DNA from: Polaromonas sp.
GTDB taxonomy: Bacteria > Pseudomonadota > Gammaproteobacteria > Burkholderiales > Burkholderiaceae_C
Assembly (NCBI GenBank): GCA_031396485.1
Contig: JANNKV010000067.1
Coordinates: 11,493 to 75,492 of the forward strand
Direction of reading: 5' to 3'
Length of the DNA: 64,000 nucleotides
The notes under the pieces were generated by a model that was not told the DNA's origin, did no database searches, and was given only the letters and a program-made list of their open reading frames with translations. Shown in pieces: positions 33,467 through 43,698 of the stretch. A program made the position numbers and the translations under genes. Each line of letters opens with the position of its first letter. Position 1 is the first letter of the stretch.

Positions 33467-34504
33467 CTACAACAGCTCAAGCCGCGCCCGCAGCATCTGC
33501 GACGCCTTGGCCGGGTCGTCGGCATCGGTCACCAGCGTCATGACCAGCGCTCCGCCCTCACCGGGCGGCTCTTCCTGCAAGGCGATGCCTTCGACCTTCG
33601 GCTTGCCTTTGAGCCGGTGCAACTGGCGCAGTGAGCCGTCGGGCCCGACCACGCCCAGGGCCGAACCGGCGCAGACGCCATCGGTGAAACTGTCGCCGGT
33701 GTTTTCTGCCACGGCGCTGAAGACCCAGCCGCCGCCGCTGAGCGCAGCGCCATCGGTCAGGCCGAGCGGCACGCCCTTGATATCGCCGAGCTCGATCGGC
33801 TGAACGCTGTGCGCGGCCGGCGTCGCAGCGTGGTCACCACCCAGCCAGCGGGCGATGCCGTGCCAGTCGAAACGGATGCAGGCGTTGCGGGCGTCACCCT
33901 TGTTGCCGCGCTGTAGCAGGCAAAACATCGCGTCGCCCTGACCGCTGCTGGCGTTCGACACGAAAGCGCCTTCGATGTTCAGGTCAGCAAACTGCGGCCG
34001 GAGCGCTGCGTAAATACCCTGGAGGGCGATGGTTTGAAAAGCCCCCGCCACCACAGCACCGCGCGCATCGAGCCCGAGCAGCACGCCCGTCTCACGCGTG
34101 GGCCGCGAGCCCGAACCGAGCGCCAGCAAGGCGCCGTGCGGGTGGCCGGGCAGCGGTGGCAATGCGACCAGTGTTTCAAGATCGGGTTTGACGGCTTTGC
34201 GTTTGCCCTTGTCCTTCGGCAGCCGGCCGTCGAAGAGGCGCAGCAGCGTGACGGGCGGGTCGGAGCGCAGATCGATATCGTTTTGTTCGCCGGCCAGGCT
34301 GGGGCCGCCATCCATCACACCCAGATGATGCTCGTCGTCGGCCACTACATACAGCCAGTGGCCGACGCGCACCAGGCCGCTGGCGGCGCTCAGGTGCGGC
34401 TGCCCGCGCGGGTGCTGGTGCGGGGCGAGCAGCAGGTCGCGCAGGTGCGCGGGCTGAATGGCTGGTGTCTTTACGGGTGCCCTGGCAGGCTTGATCGTCG
34501 GCAT
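33467..34504 (-). CDS. hypothetical protein
   Basis: About 345 aa, long ORF with coding-like composition. No family recognised. Start is either ATG 34504 or TTG 34522. Confidence 0.5.
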   Translation of the reverse strand: MPTIKPARAPVKTPAIQPAHLRDLLLAPHQHPRGQPHLSAASGLVRVGHWLYVVADDEHHLGVMDGGPSLAGEQNDIDLRSDPPVTLLRLFDGRLPKDKGKRKAVKPDLETLVALPPLPGHPHGALLALGSGSRPTRETGVLLGLDARGAVVAGAFQTIALQGIYAALRPQFADLNIEGAFVSNASSGQGDAMFCLLQRGNKGDARNACIRFDWHGIARWLGGDHAATPAAHSVQPIELGDIKGVPLGLTDGAALSGGGWVFSAVAENTGDSFTDGVCAGSALGVVGPDGSLRQLHRLKGKPKVEGIALQEEPPGEGGALVMTLVTDADDPAKASQMLRARLELL

Positions 34505-34547
34505 GCCGGGATATTCACACAAAATTCCTGCATCTGCCTAGACAGGC

Positions 34548-34603
34548 CTAGGCAGGCTTGCAGCCCATGAAATACCTGTACGGGCTGCTATTAAAAGCGT
34601 AGC
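34548..34603 (-). repeat. intergenic repeat family, copy 12 (reverse orientation)
   Basis: The reverse complement reads GCTACGCTTTTAATAGCAGCCCGTACAGGTATTTCATGGGCTGCAAGCC. Confidence 0.8.
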
Positions 34604-34678
34604 TAAATACTCGAGAGGCCGCGGAGGTGGAACGCTGCCCTCGGAAAGCAACCGGACGGCTGAGGCAGATCAGTCAGA

Positions 34679-35035
34679 TCAGGCCGTTGCGCCGTCCTGT
34701 ACCGTGATGCCGTTGTCGTCAGCCCAGTCCATCAACGCATCGATGGCGTCTGCGGTTTCGAGTTTGGTGGCGCAGGGCGCGTACGCCAGCTGGGTGGCCA
34801 TCTGGAACTTGGCTGGCATCAACGGGTACGGCACCTTCAGTTCGGCCACCTGCTTGGCCAGACCCTGAAGCAACTCTTTTTCAGTCGTGCCACCACGCCG
34901 GTAGCGCTGCCAGACCTCGCCGACCTGCAGAGGCGGCGACACCGGCATGACCGAAAAGCCGGTGCTCAGGTAATTGAGCGAATCCGAAGCGAGTGACATC
35001 GCTTGGGGTTTTGTTTTGAGGAATTGCTTCAACAT
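34679..35035 (-). CDS. small hypothetical protein
   Basis: 118 aa from MLKQFLK. The longer ORF in the track runs through a repeat copy. Confidence 0.45.
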   Translation of the reverse strand: MLKQFLKTKPQAMSLASDSLNYLSTGFSVMPVSPPLQVGEVWQRYRRGGTTEKELLQGLAKQVAELKVPYPLMPAKFQMATQLAYAPCATKLETADAIDALMDWADDNGITVQDGATA

Positions 35036-35224
35036 TTTTTTACACTCCTTGAAGATGACAGGTAAAGAGTAACTTTGACTTATATGGCAGGCAACACCTG
35101 TGGCGCCGAAAAACTGAAGCGAACGAGAAAAAGTGCCGGAATCTGTAAGCAAATGTCTCAATGCCGGGCATGTAGCGCGCCTGCGGGAACACTTGCAGCC
35201 ATGGATGGTATCGTTTTGGCATGT

Positions 35225-35279
35225 TTGAGGCCTGCATCCCAAATAAAACATGCGCAGACAGCTATCAAAACTGTAGCGT
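35225..35279 (-). repeat. intergenic repeat family, copy 13 (reverse orientation)
   Basis: The reverse complement reads CGCTACAGTTTTGATAGCTGTCTGCGCATGTTTTATTTGGGATGCAGGCC. Confidence 0.8.
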
Positions 35280-35368
35280 TTGCGCCTTGCATGCGTGTGG
35301 CTCTTCCAGTCAGACGCCATCTTCTGCAACAAGCTGTAAGAAATTTGCAGCTATCCCGACTCAGTCAA

Positions 35369-36367
35369 ATGACTGCTTCGTCAGCGGATCGCTGCAAACC
35401 CCCACACCACTCCGCTAAAACCGGCTTTCGTCTGACTTACCTGTTGCTGCGGTTGACCCTGGTCGTGGCCGGCACGGCAACCCAGGCCATGGGGCTGACG
35501 CTGGAGCCTGCCTCCGCGCAATGCGGCGTACCGGCCACACCCGTGCCAGCCGTACCAGCCGCAGCGCAGCAGCGCCTGCCGCAAAGCCAGGCGATTCACG
35601 GACAAAAAGACATTGCTTGGGCCTGGCTGGCATCGCCGACCACGCGCTACCCGCATGCGGCCTTCGGCTCGCCAGTGCACGCGGGCAGCCTGCATGTGCT
35701 GGCCGCCGATGCGTCTGGGGCGCTGCAGACGCTGACGCTGACCTTGCCGCCGCAGCGGGTGTTCGAAGACCGCGTGCCCCGGCTTGTGGACCTGGACGGC
35801 GACGGGCGGGACGAAATCATGCTGGTCGAAGCAGACGTGGCGCACGGCGCTGCGCTGGTGGTGTTTGGCCTGCGCGCCGCAGCATCAGCCCGTGGAACCG
35901 CGGCCGGCCTTGCATTGGTCGAGCTGGCGCGCAGCCCGTCACTGGGCACCGCCTTTCGCTGGCTCAACCCGGTGGGCGTTGCAGACTTCGATGGCGGCGG
36001 CCAGCTGGGCATCGCCAGCGTGACGACGCCCCACATTGGCGGCGTGCTCACGCTCTACCAGTTTCGCCCGCCCCGGCTGGTGCCATTTGCGCGTGCGGCC
36101 GATGTGTCCAATCACCGCTTCGGCGCGCTGGAGCAGCAACTCGCGGTGGTGATCGAGACTGCGGGGCGCCGGCCCACAGTCGTCGTGCCCGACATGCAGC
36201 ACACGGCCCTGCACGCGCTGCGCTGGGACGCGCCGGGCCAGTGGACCCGGCTGGAAGAACCACTGCCGCTTCGCGCCCGCATCGAGCGCCTGGCGCCGCT
36301 GGCTGGCGGTGCTTGCGCGCTGCTGGCCGATGCGTCGTGGTGGCGGGTGATGCTGGTGCCTGACTGA
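35369..36367 (+). CDS. FG-GAP/VCBS-repeat protein
   Basis: VDLDGDGRDEIMLVEAD and VADFDGGGQLGIASV are FG-GAP-like calcium-binding repeats. N-terminal signal/TM. Start trimmed to MTASSAD, past the repeat. Confidence 0.6.
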   Translation: MTASSADRCKPPHHSAKTGFRLTYLLLRLTLVVAGTATQAMGLTLEPASAQCGVPATPVPAVPAAAQQRLPQSQAIHGQKDIAWAWLASPTTRYPHAAFGSPVHAGSLHVLAADASGALQTLTLTLPPQRVFEDRVPRLVDLDGDGRDEIMLVEADVAHGAALVVFGLRAAASARGTAAGLALVELARSPSLGTAFRWLNPVGVADFDGGGQLGIASVTTPHIGGVLTLYQFRPPRLVPFARAADVSNHRFGALEQQLAVVIETAGRRPTVVVPDMQHTALHALRWDAPGQWTRLEEPLPLRARIERLAPLAGGACALLADASWWRVMLVPD

Positions 36368-36459
36368 CCCGCGCTCGTTTTGAGGCGGGCACGCTTGCTG
36401 ACATTTCGTGACCCCGACTGACGCTTGAAATGCCGGTCAGGGTCCCCAAGCTGCAATCA

Positions 36460-36897
36460 ATGACCGATCCACTTCACATCGTTTGCCCACATTGCCACAC
36501 CACCAACCGCGTGCACGCCGAGCAGCTGGGCAGCGAGCCGACCTGCGGCAGTTGCAAGAAAGCGCTTTTTACCGGCCATTCGGCTGCACTGGACGAAGCC
36601 GCTTTCGAAAAACACCTGAGCCGCAACCAGATTCCTCTGCTGGTGGACTTCTGGGCACCGTGGTGCGGTCCGTGCCGCGCCATGGCGCCAGCCTATGAAG
36701 ACGCAGCCGCGCAGCTCCAGCCGCAGGTGCGTCTGGCCAAGGTCGATACCGAGGCCATACCCGCATTGGGCGAGCGTTTTCGCATTCGCAGCATTCCCAC
36801 CATGGTGCTGTTCAAGGATGGCCGCGAGCTGGTGCGCCAGAGCGGCGCGCTGGGTGCGGCCGACATTGTGCGCTGGGTACGGTCGAATCTTCGCTGA
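36460..36897 (+). CDS. trxC: thioredoxin 2 (TrxC-type, N-terminal zinc finger)
   Basis: CPHCHTTNRV...CGSCKKALF zinc-binding extension plus the WAPWCGPC active site. Confidence 0.9.
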   Translation: MTDPLHIVCPHCHTTNRVHAEQLGSEPTCGSCKKALFTGHSAALDEAAFEKHLSRNQIPLLVDFWAPWCGPCRAMAPAYEDAAAQLQPQVRLAKVDTEAIPALGERFRIRSIPTMVLFKDGRELVRQSGALGAADIVRWVRSNLR

Positions 36898-36932
36898 CGG
36901 CTGCTGCCCCGCCGCGCTTGAGGAAAGCGCTG

Positions 36933-37379
36933 CTACGGCGACAGGTTTTTATCCGGGTGCGGCGAGAGCGGCGTAATGAGTCGCAGCTCGGCATGCAGGC
37001 TTTGCACCTCTTTGCGCAACGCGCCGATCTCGCGCATCAGGTCGTGCTCGATCTGCCGCTCTTCGGTTTCGACGAACATCGCGGCCACCGACGCGGTGAC
37101 CAGCGACAGCACGGCCAGGCCCAGCAGCACGACAACGACCGCAAACGCACGCGAGACGTGGGTGCTGGGAACAATGTCACCATAGCCAACGGTGGCCGCC
37201 GTGGTGAAGGCCAGCCACAGGCCGTCGGCCAATGTTTCCGCGCGCGGCTCGACCATCCAGAAGCCGACACCACCCAGGCTCAGTATCAACACACACAGGC
37301 CGAGCGAATAGACCACCCCGCGGCGTGTGATGAATCTTTTGCGGCGCTGCCATTTATCAATACGATTCATACGATCCAT
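36933..37379 (-). CDS. two-TM potassium channel family protein
   Basis: Selectivity filter TAATVGYGDIVP flanked by two TM helices. Confidence 0.8.
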   Translation of the reverse strand: MDRMNRIDKWQRRKRFITRRGVVYSLGLCVLILSLGGVGFWMVEPRAETLADGLWLAFTTAATVGYGDIVPSTHVSRAFAVVVVLLGLAVLSLVTASVAAMFVETEERQIEHDLMREIGALRKEVQSLHAELRLITPLSPHPDKNLSP

Positions 37380-37716
37380 GCAGGCACTTTACAGGGCATG
37401 CGTGTTAGCCGGTGCTCCCGGGCTTTGCTTGGTGCATCGTGACACGACAGGTTCAAGCCATCTTGACGCATATCAAGGTCAACGGTGGCTGTCGGCAATC
37501 AGGGGCGCAGAGCGACCGCGGCTGACGGCCGATGCAGATGCAGCAGGTTTTTTCGCGGCTTTCCCGAAATCATCAAGGCGCGCGATTCTGGAATGGATTT
37601 CCAGTGCCAAACGACCAGAAACACGGGCCGCCCGCGTGCTGCTGACAGCGCAAATGGCAGCACGCAATCTGAAAGCCAACTTTCCTGAAGGCCGCAATCG
37701 TGGCCCGGCACCTTGA
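37327..37716 (+). CDS. YdeI/OmpD-associated-like fragment (doubtful, start unclear)
   Basis: Only the C-terminal FFAAFPKSSRRAILEWISSAKRPETRAARV resembles the YdeI family. The 5' part overlaps the K+ channel gene on the other strand. Confidence 0.3.
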   Translation: MMNLLRRCHLSIRFIRSMQALYRACVLAGAPGLCLVHRDTTGSSHLDAYQGQRWLSAIRGAERPRLTADADAAGFFAAFPKSSRRAILEWISSAKRPETRAARVLLTAQMAARNLKANFPEGRNRGPAP

Positions 37717-37753
37717 TGCCGGGCAAGCTGCTACCGATGCAAGCGACAGGAGA

Positions 37754-38005
37754 TCAGGCTTTTTTGGCCACCATGCCGTAGATGACCAGCAAGATCACCG
37801 CGCCAACCACCGAAGCGATCCAGCCCGCTGCTTCGCCCTGCTTGTACCAGCCCATGGCGGTGCCGGCATAGCTGGCCAGGAAAGAGCCCGCAACGCCCAG
37901 AACGGCGGTCATGATCCAGCCGAGCTTGTCGTCGCCAGGCTTGACAGCGCGGGCGATGAACCCGACGACGAGACCGATCAATATCGTTCCGAGAATTGAC
38001 AGCAT
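37754..38005 (-). CDS. GlsB/YeaQ/YmgE-family stress membrane protein
   Basis: 83 aa from MLSILGTILIGLVVGFIARAV with an AAGGAG RBS. Typical transglycosylase-associated family sequence. Confidence 0.85.
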   Translation of the reverse strand: MLSILGTILIGLVVGFIARAVKPGDDKLGWIMTAVLGVAGSFLASYAGTAMGWYKQGEAAGWIASVVGAVILLVIYGMVAKKA

Positions 38006-38087
38006 GAGGGGGGCTCCTTGAGTTGCCGGTTGAAAGACCGCTTTCAATATACTACGGCCGCACAAACAGGCCGATGTCAACCAGATT

Positions 38088-38145
38088 GCTATTTGTTTGA
38101 TAGCTGCTCGCGCAGGTATTACCTGGGCTGGCATGCGATTTAACT
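38088..38145 (+). repeat. intergenic repeat family, copy 14
   Basis: GCTATTTGTTTGATAGCTGCTCGCGCAGGTATTACCTGGGCTGGCATGC. Confidence 0.85.
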
Positions 38146-38626
38146 CAAGAATATGGCTGCAGGCACCGGTGCGGGCGGCCCCGGCCCGACGCCGCTGATC
38201 AGACGCCACGCCGTAGTACCTACTGCACTCTCGCCTGGCCATACCCATTTTGCTGATCAGGACCACCCCAAGCTGCGGGACTTGAGGGAAGAACACCGAC
38301 TCCGTCAACGGGGCGCCATGCTGCTGCCGCTGGAGCGCGAGGTGGCGGCGCGCTTGCTGAGCAAGCAGAACGCGACTGTACGGAATCGACCGCCCTGTAC
38401 ACGCACATGCGCAGGCAGCCTGTGGACTGTGGGCGTCAGAAACGCGTGAAATAAACCCGGTTTGTTGCCTTGAACAAACACGCTTCAGGGCGCTCGGTAA
38501 TAACCCGCTGAACCGCGGCTAAACTTTCCAGTAACCTCTGTTTACACAAAAAGAACGTTCGTTCTTTTTTTCTTTTCAACCCCATCTGTCACGGCCTCGC
38601 GCCACACTTTTTCTGGAGTCGTTTGA

Positions 38627-39853
38627 ATGAGAACATGGAAATATGCGCTGAGCGCACTGGGCACTGCGCTGGTTTTGGCGGGTTGCGGTGGCGGTGGCGG
38701 CGGTGAAACCAGCACCAGCTCTGTCGGCTTCACGTCGATGGTCAGTTTTGGCGATAGCCTGAGCGATGTTGGTACCTACAAAGTCGGCGCCATTGCAGCC
38801 GTTGGCGGCGGCAAATGGACGGTCAATTCAGCGACCGCGCAGAACTGGACCGAGCTGATCTCGGCCCAGTACAAGCTGCCAGCGCCCTGCGCGGCGCAAA
38901 CCGGCCTGTTGAGCATCATTCCCCAGTTGCCAGCGGTTGCCGTCCAGAATTTCCCCGCTTGCCGTAACTACGCGCAGGGCAGCTCGCGTGTCACCAGCCC
39001 CGCAGGTCCGAACAGCGTTGCCATTCAGCAGGCTATTTTGCAGGCGACCGGCTCCCCGGTTGCTGCAGCGCAGGCGGCTGGCATCGGTTTGATGGCGCTC
39101 CCTGTCGTCAATCAGATGGCTAACCACCTCGCCAACGTGGGCGGCACCTACAACGGCAAGGAGTTGGTCACTGTTTTTGCCGGTGGCAATGACATCTTCC
39201 TGAATCTCAACGGGGTGTCGAGTGCGGCCAAGTTTGCCGCTGGTGACCCGAACACCCCTGTGAGTTCTGCAGTAGCCGCAGCGCAGTTCGCAGGCTGGTC
39301 GCCAGCCGTTCAAGCATCTATCGCGGCAGGCGGCGCCGCCGCTGTCAACGCCGCCGGTCAGGCCGCAGTGGCCGGTATGGCGCAAGCCGCGACCGAACTG
39401 GTTGCAGCCATCAATACGCAGGTGCTGGCGAAGGGCGCGAAGTATGTCGTGGTGCTCAACGTGCCTGACGTGTCAACCTCACCTTTCGCTGCGACGCTGG
39501 ACGCGAGCACGAAAGGCCTGCTCGTGAACATGGCAACCGCCTTCAACAGCACGCTGAGTCAGGGCCTGGCGGGCAAACCCGGTATCTTGCTGGTGGATGC
39601 CTACACGCAGGGACGCGACCAGGTGGCGAACCCGGCGCAATATGCCTTGAGCAATGTGACGACCGCGGCTTGCAGCAAAACCTCGCCGGCCAATCCGCTG
39701 GCAGGCAGCTCGCTGGCTTGCACGGCTTCCAGCCTGATCCCCGGCGACACCAGCAAATACCTGTTTGCCGATGACGTGCATCTGACGCCGTATGGCTACG
39801 GGCTGCTGGCCCAGTTCGTCACCAAAAATCTCGCCACGGCCGGCTGGCTGTAA
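38627..39853 (+). CDS. GDSL/SGNH-family lipase/esterase lipoprotein
   Basis: Lipobox LAGCGGGGG. Block I VSFGDSLSDVG. C-terminal DDVHLT (block V DxxH). Confidence 0.8.
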   Translation: MRTWKYALSALGTALVLAGCGGGGGGETSTSSVGFTSMVSFGDSLSDVGTYKVGAIAAVGGGKWTVNSATAQNWTELISAQYKLPAPCAAQTGLLSIIPQLPAVAVQNFPACRNYAQGSSRVTSPAGPNSVAIQQAILQATGSPVAAAQAAGIGLMALPVVNQMANHLANVGGTYNGKELVTVFAGGNDIFLNLNGVSSAAKFAAGDPNTPVSSAVAAAQFAGWSPAVQASIAAGGAAAVNAAGQAAVAGMAQAATELVAAINTQVLAKGAKYVVVLNVPDVSTSPFAATLDASTKGLLVNMATAFNSTLSQGLAGKPGILLVDAYTQGRDQVANPAQYALSNVTTAACSKTSPANPLAGSSLACTASSLIPGDTSKYLFADDVHLTPYGYGLLAQFVTKNLATAGWL

Positions 39854-39880
39854 TCGATTTCACTGTCTATCAGAACCCTC

Positions 39881-40549
39881 ATGAAAAAATCAATTTCCAC
39901 CCTGCTTGCCCTGGCCACGCTGGCTTTTTGCGGCTCGGCTCTGGCCCAGAAGGCTGGCAGCTTTTCCGCCTCTATCGGCGGGACGCACATCGCGCCTTCC
40001 GTCAGCAGTGGCAACCTGACCGCACCGAGCCTGCCGAACACGAAAGTCGACGTCAACTCGAACAGCCAGATCACAGGTGCCGTCAACTACATGGTCACCG
40101 ACAACATCGCGGCTCATGTTCCGATCGGCTTCGGCTTCAAGCATGAAATCACCGGCGACGGCGCGATAAAGGGTGTCGGCAAACTGATCGAAACCAGGGC
40201 TCTGCCGATCACCCTGATCGGCCAGTACCGCTTCCTGGACGCCAACGCCACGTTCCGGCCTTACCTGGGCGCTGGCTTGTCGTACGTGAAGTTCTACAAA
40301 GAAACAGGAACCGGCACGCTGACCGCCCTCACCAATCCCGGCGGCCCGGCCACCGGCGCGAAGTTTGACTCCAAACTCGCACCGACACTGCAGATTGGCG
40401 GCATCTACAACATCAATGAAAAGTGGTATCTGGAAGCCAGCTATGCCAAGACTTTTCTGAAGACCCGCGCCACCTTGACGACCGGCCAGACCATCGACGT
40501 CAAACTCGACCCGAGCGCGTACTGCCTGCAGGTCGGCTACAAGTTCTGA
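39881..40549 (+). CDS. ompW: OmpW-family outer membrane protein
   Basis: 222 aa. Signal peptide ending ALAQ. RPYLGAGLSYVKF and a terminal Phe (VGYKF) are typical of the OmpW beta-barrel. Confidence 0.85.
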   Translation: MKKSISTLLALATLAFCGSALAQKAGSFSASIGGTHIAPSVSSGNLTAPSLPNTKVDVNSNSQITGAVNYMVTDNIAAHVPIGFGFKHEITGDGAIKGVGKLIETRALPITLIGQYRFLDANATFRPYLGAGLSYVKFYKETGTGTLTALTNPGGPATGAKFDSKLAPTLQIGGIYNINEKWYLEASYAKTFLKTRATLTTGQTIDVKLDPSAYCLQVGYKF

Positions 40550-40571
40550 TCTCGGGTCCCGCATGAACAAA

Positions 40572-40597
40572 GGCTGTCAGTGTTGACGGCCTTTTTT
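40572..40597 (+). terminator. rho-independent terminator after ompW
   Basis: GGCTGTCA-GTGT-TGACGGCC stem-loop followed by TTTTTT. Confidence 0.75.
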
Positions 40598-40819
40598 ATT
40601 TGCAAGGCGGGCTTCCTCCACAAGCACTGCACTAGCGTCAGACAACGCGCTCGCGTGACGACCGACATCTGCCTCTTCAAAGTTCTTCGGTACACCGGCG
40701 TGTAAAACTCGGCGTTTGAACAAGATTGCCGTTAAGGATGATTGGCGACCACACGACCTCAGGCGCCTACCAAAGGCCGAAATTGGGCATTCAACGCGTC
40801 TGAGGAGCATAGTGAACCA

Positions 40820-43567
40820 ATGGCAATAACCGCAACAAATACGATCCAGACCCCAGCGCGAACCCTCAATACCGCCTGGTACCAGCTTGACATCGCAAGG
40901 TGCGCACAGCAGCTCCACACAGATGTAACCCTTGGCCTGAGTGACGCCGAAGCGCAAAGTCGGCGCACCAAGCACGGCCCGAACCAGCTCGCGCAAGCGC
41001 CGCCGCGCTCGCCATGGCTGAAGTTGCTCGACCAGTTCAAAAGCCTGCTGGTACTGGTGTTGATCGGTGCGGCGTTGCTGGCCGGCGCCATCGGCGATAT
41101 GAAAGATGCGGTGGTGATTTTGATCGTCGTCGCCTTCAACGCGGGTCTCGGCTTTTATCAGGAGCACCGCGCAGAGGCCACGCTGGCCGCGCTTAAAAAA
41201 ATGCTGGCGCAGCATGCGCGGGTGCGCCGCAGTGGGCAGGTGCTGCAGATTGCGGCGCAAGACTTGGTGCCCGGCGATGTACTGCTGCTGGAAGCTGGTG
41301 ATCGTGTTGCCGCTGACGGCCGCGTGCTGACGGCCCATAACGCCGAGGTCGCCGAAGCCGCGCTGACCGGCGAATCGCATGCCGTGGGCAAACATGCACA
41401 AGACCTGGCGCCTGGCGATCACCCCTTGGCCGAGCGCTTCAACATGGCCTACATGAACACCGTGGTCACACGCGGGCGTATGGAGCTGCTGGTCAGCGCG
41501 ACCGGCATGGACACCGAAATGGGCCGCATCACCGGCCTGCTGGCCGAGGCGCATGACGGCCCGACGCCGCTTCAGGTGCAACTCGATGCGCTCGGCAAAC
41601 GGCTGGCCTTGATCGCCGGCGTGGTGGTCAGCCTGATTTTTGCGCTGGGCCTATGGCGCGGCGACCCCTTGGTGCAGACCATCATGACCTCGATAGCGCT
41701 GGCTGTGGCTGCCATTCCTGAAGGACTTCCTGCGGTAGTCACGGTGACGCTGGCCATCGGCATGCACCGCATGGCAAAAAATGGTGCCATCGTCAAAAGG
41801 CTGTCAGCGGTTGAAACCCTGGGCTCCACGACGGTGATCTGCTCTGACAAAACCGGCACACTCACGCTGAACCAGATGACCGCGCGGGCGATCTTTTATC
41901 AAGGTCAGCGCTTCGCGGTCAGTGGCGAGGGCTATTCAAGTGAAGGCAGCATCGGTGCCAACCAAGACAACCAACCCGACGCTGCACTGCCGGACTTTTT
42001 ACCGCTACTGCTCCCCTCGGCGCTGTGCAGCGACTCGCGCATTCGCGGCAGCGAGCTGATTGGTGACCCGACTGAGGGAGCCCTGCTGGCGCTGGCCGCC
42101 AAGGGCGGGGTTGACCAGGAAACGGTGGTCGAAGGCAGCCCCCGCATCGCAGAAATTCCTTTTGATTCGGCGCACAAGTTCATGGCGACCTTTCACCACG
42201 ACGGGGACGTGGTGCGGATGTTTGTCAAGGGCGCGCCCGACGTACTGCTGGCACGCGCCAGCCAGTGGCTGGGCACGGCGGGTGAGACAACACTCGACCC
42301 CATCACGCGCGCCGCCTTTGCAGCCGAAAACGCCTCCCTTGCCGCGCAGGCCATGCGGGTGCTGGCGGTGGCCAGGCGCGACATACCGGTGCGGGATTTC
42401 CACCCTGCTGCCGACTTGATGCCGTGGGCCGACGGTCTGGTGTTGCTGGGACTGGTCGGAATCATTGACCCGCCCCGGCCCGAGGCGCGGGAGGCGATCC
42501 GGCTGTGCCGGCAGGCGGGCATTCAGGTCAAGATGATCACCGGCGACCACGGCCTGACGGCGGACGCGATTGCGCGCGAACTCGGCCTGCAAGGCCTGGT
42601 ACTGACGGGTGCGGAGCTAGACCGTATCGACGCCGCCGAGCTGTCCCGCCGCGTCGAGGAAACCGCTGTTTTCGCACGCGTTGCGCCAGACCACAAGGTC
42701 AGAATCGTGCAGGCGTTGAAGGCGCGCGGGCATGTGGTGGCGATGACCGGCGATGGTGTCAATGACGCACCGGCCTTGAAGAACGCCGATATTGGTGTGG
42801 CCATGGGCATCACCGGCACCGAGGTGACGCGCGAGGCCGCCACCATGGTGCTGACCGATGACAATTTTGCGACCATCGTCGGCGCGGTCAAGCAGGGCCG
42901 CATCATTTATGACAACGTCGTCAAGTTCGTGCGCTTTCAGCTTTCGACCAATATCGGCGCTATCCTGACCGTGCTGGGCGCGCAGTTGCTGGGCCTGCCA
43001 GCGCCGTTCACGGCGATTCACATTTTGTGGATCAATATCATCATGAACGGTCCGCCCGCGATGACACTTGGCCTGGAGCCGCCGCGCGACGGAATCATGT
43101 CCGAGCCGCCGCGCCGCGCCGACGAACGCATTCTTTCACTGGCACGCTTCAAAAAATTGCTGATGTACGGAATCACGATGGCGGTCGGCACGCTGGTGCT
43201 GGTCACATATGCGCAGCCGCAAGGCAACACCTATGCGTTGACTTTGGCCTTCACGACTTTTGTGTTGTTCCAGTTCTTCAATGTGTTCAATGCACGCACC
43301 GAGCTGGGCACCACCTTCAACCGGCAATTCTTTCGCAACGGCAAGTTGTGGGCGGCATTGGGCGGGGTGCTTGCGCTGCAAGGGCTGGTGGTGCACTGGC
43401 CGCCGGCTCAGCTGGTCTTTGATACAACCGCCTTGTCGGCAAAGGACTGGGGGCTGGCGTTTTTGGTGGCCTCGTCAATTTTGTGGCTGGACGAGGCGCA
43501 GAAGTGGAGCGTCCGACTACTGCAGCGAAATAAGCGCAGCAAGCGTAGCCGCTCGTCAGCAATATGA
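40820..43567 (+). CDS. cation-transporting P-type ATPase (P2/Ca2+-Mg2+-type)
   Basis: CSDKTGTLT phosphorylation motif, TGES-like LTGES, MTGDGVNDAPALK hinge, about 10 TM helices. Start trimmed to MAITATN. Confidence 0.9.
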   Translation: MAITATNTIQTPARTLNTAWYQLDIARCAQQLHTDVTLGLSDAEAQSRRTKHGPNQLAQAPPRSPWLKLLDQFKSLLVLVLIGAALLAGAIGDMKDAVVILIVVAFNAGLGFYQEHRAEATLAALKKMLAQHARVRRSGQVLQIAAQDLVPGDVLLLEAGDRVAADGRVLTAHNAEVAEAALTGESHAVGKHAQDLAPGDHPLAERFNMAYMNTVVTRGRMELLVSATGMDTEMGRITGLLAEAHDGPTPLQVQLDALGKRLALIAGVVVSLIFALGLWRGDPLVQTIMTSIALAVAAIPEGLPAVVTVTLAIGMHRMAKNGAIVKRLSAVETLGSTTVICSDKTGTLTLNQMTARAIFYQGQRFAVSGEGYSSEGSIGANQDNQPDAALPDFLPLLLPSALCSDSRIRGSELIGDPTEGALLALAAKGGVDQETVVEGSPRIAEIPFDSAHKFMATFHHDGDVVRMFVKGAPDVLLARASQWLGTAGETTLDPITRAAFAAENASLAAQAMRVLAVARRDIPVRDFHPAADLMPWADGLVLLGLVGIIDPPRPEAREAIRLCRQAGIQVKMITGDHGLTADAIARELGLQGLVLTGAELDRIDAAELSRRVEETAVFARVAPDHKVRIVQALKARGHVVAMTGDGVNDAPALKNADIGVAMGITGTEVTREAATMVLTDDNFATIVGAVKQGRIIYDNVVKFVRFQLSTNIGAILTVLGAQLLGLPAPFTAIHILWINIIMNGPPAMTLGLEPPRDGIMSEPPRRADERILSLARFKKLLMYGITMAVGTLVLVTYAQPQGNTYALTLAFTTFVLFQFFNVFNARTELGTTFNRQFFRNGKLWAALGGVLALQGLVVHWPPAQLVFDTTALSAKDWGLAFLVASSILWLDEAQKWSVRLLQRNKRSKRSRSSAI

Positions 43568-43577
43568 GTAGCACACC

Positions 43578-43636
43578 GCTATGAAATCAGGAGCTGCTTA
43601 CGCACGTATTTATTGGGCTAGCAGCCGTTTTCTATC
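43578..43636 (+). repeat. intergenic repeat family, copy 15 (diverged)
   Basis: GCTATGAAATCAGGAGCTGCTTACGCACGTATTTATTGGGCTAGCAGCC. Confidence 0.7.
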
Positions 43637-43698
43637 ATATTCAGGTAGCTTTCCAGCTTGCGAGTGACCCCTGCTTGCCGTCCCCTTCCCCGCACCAT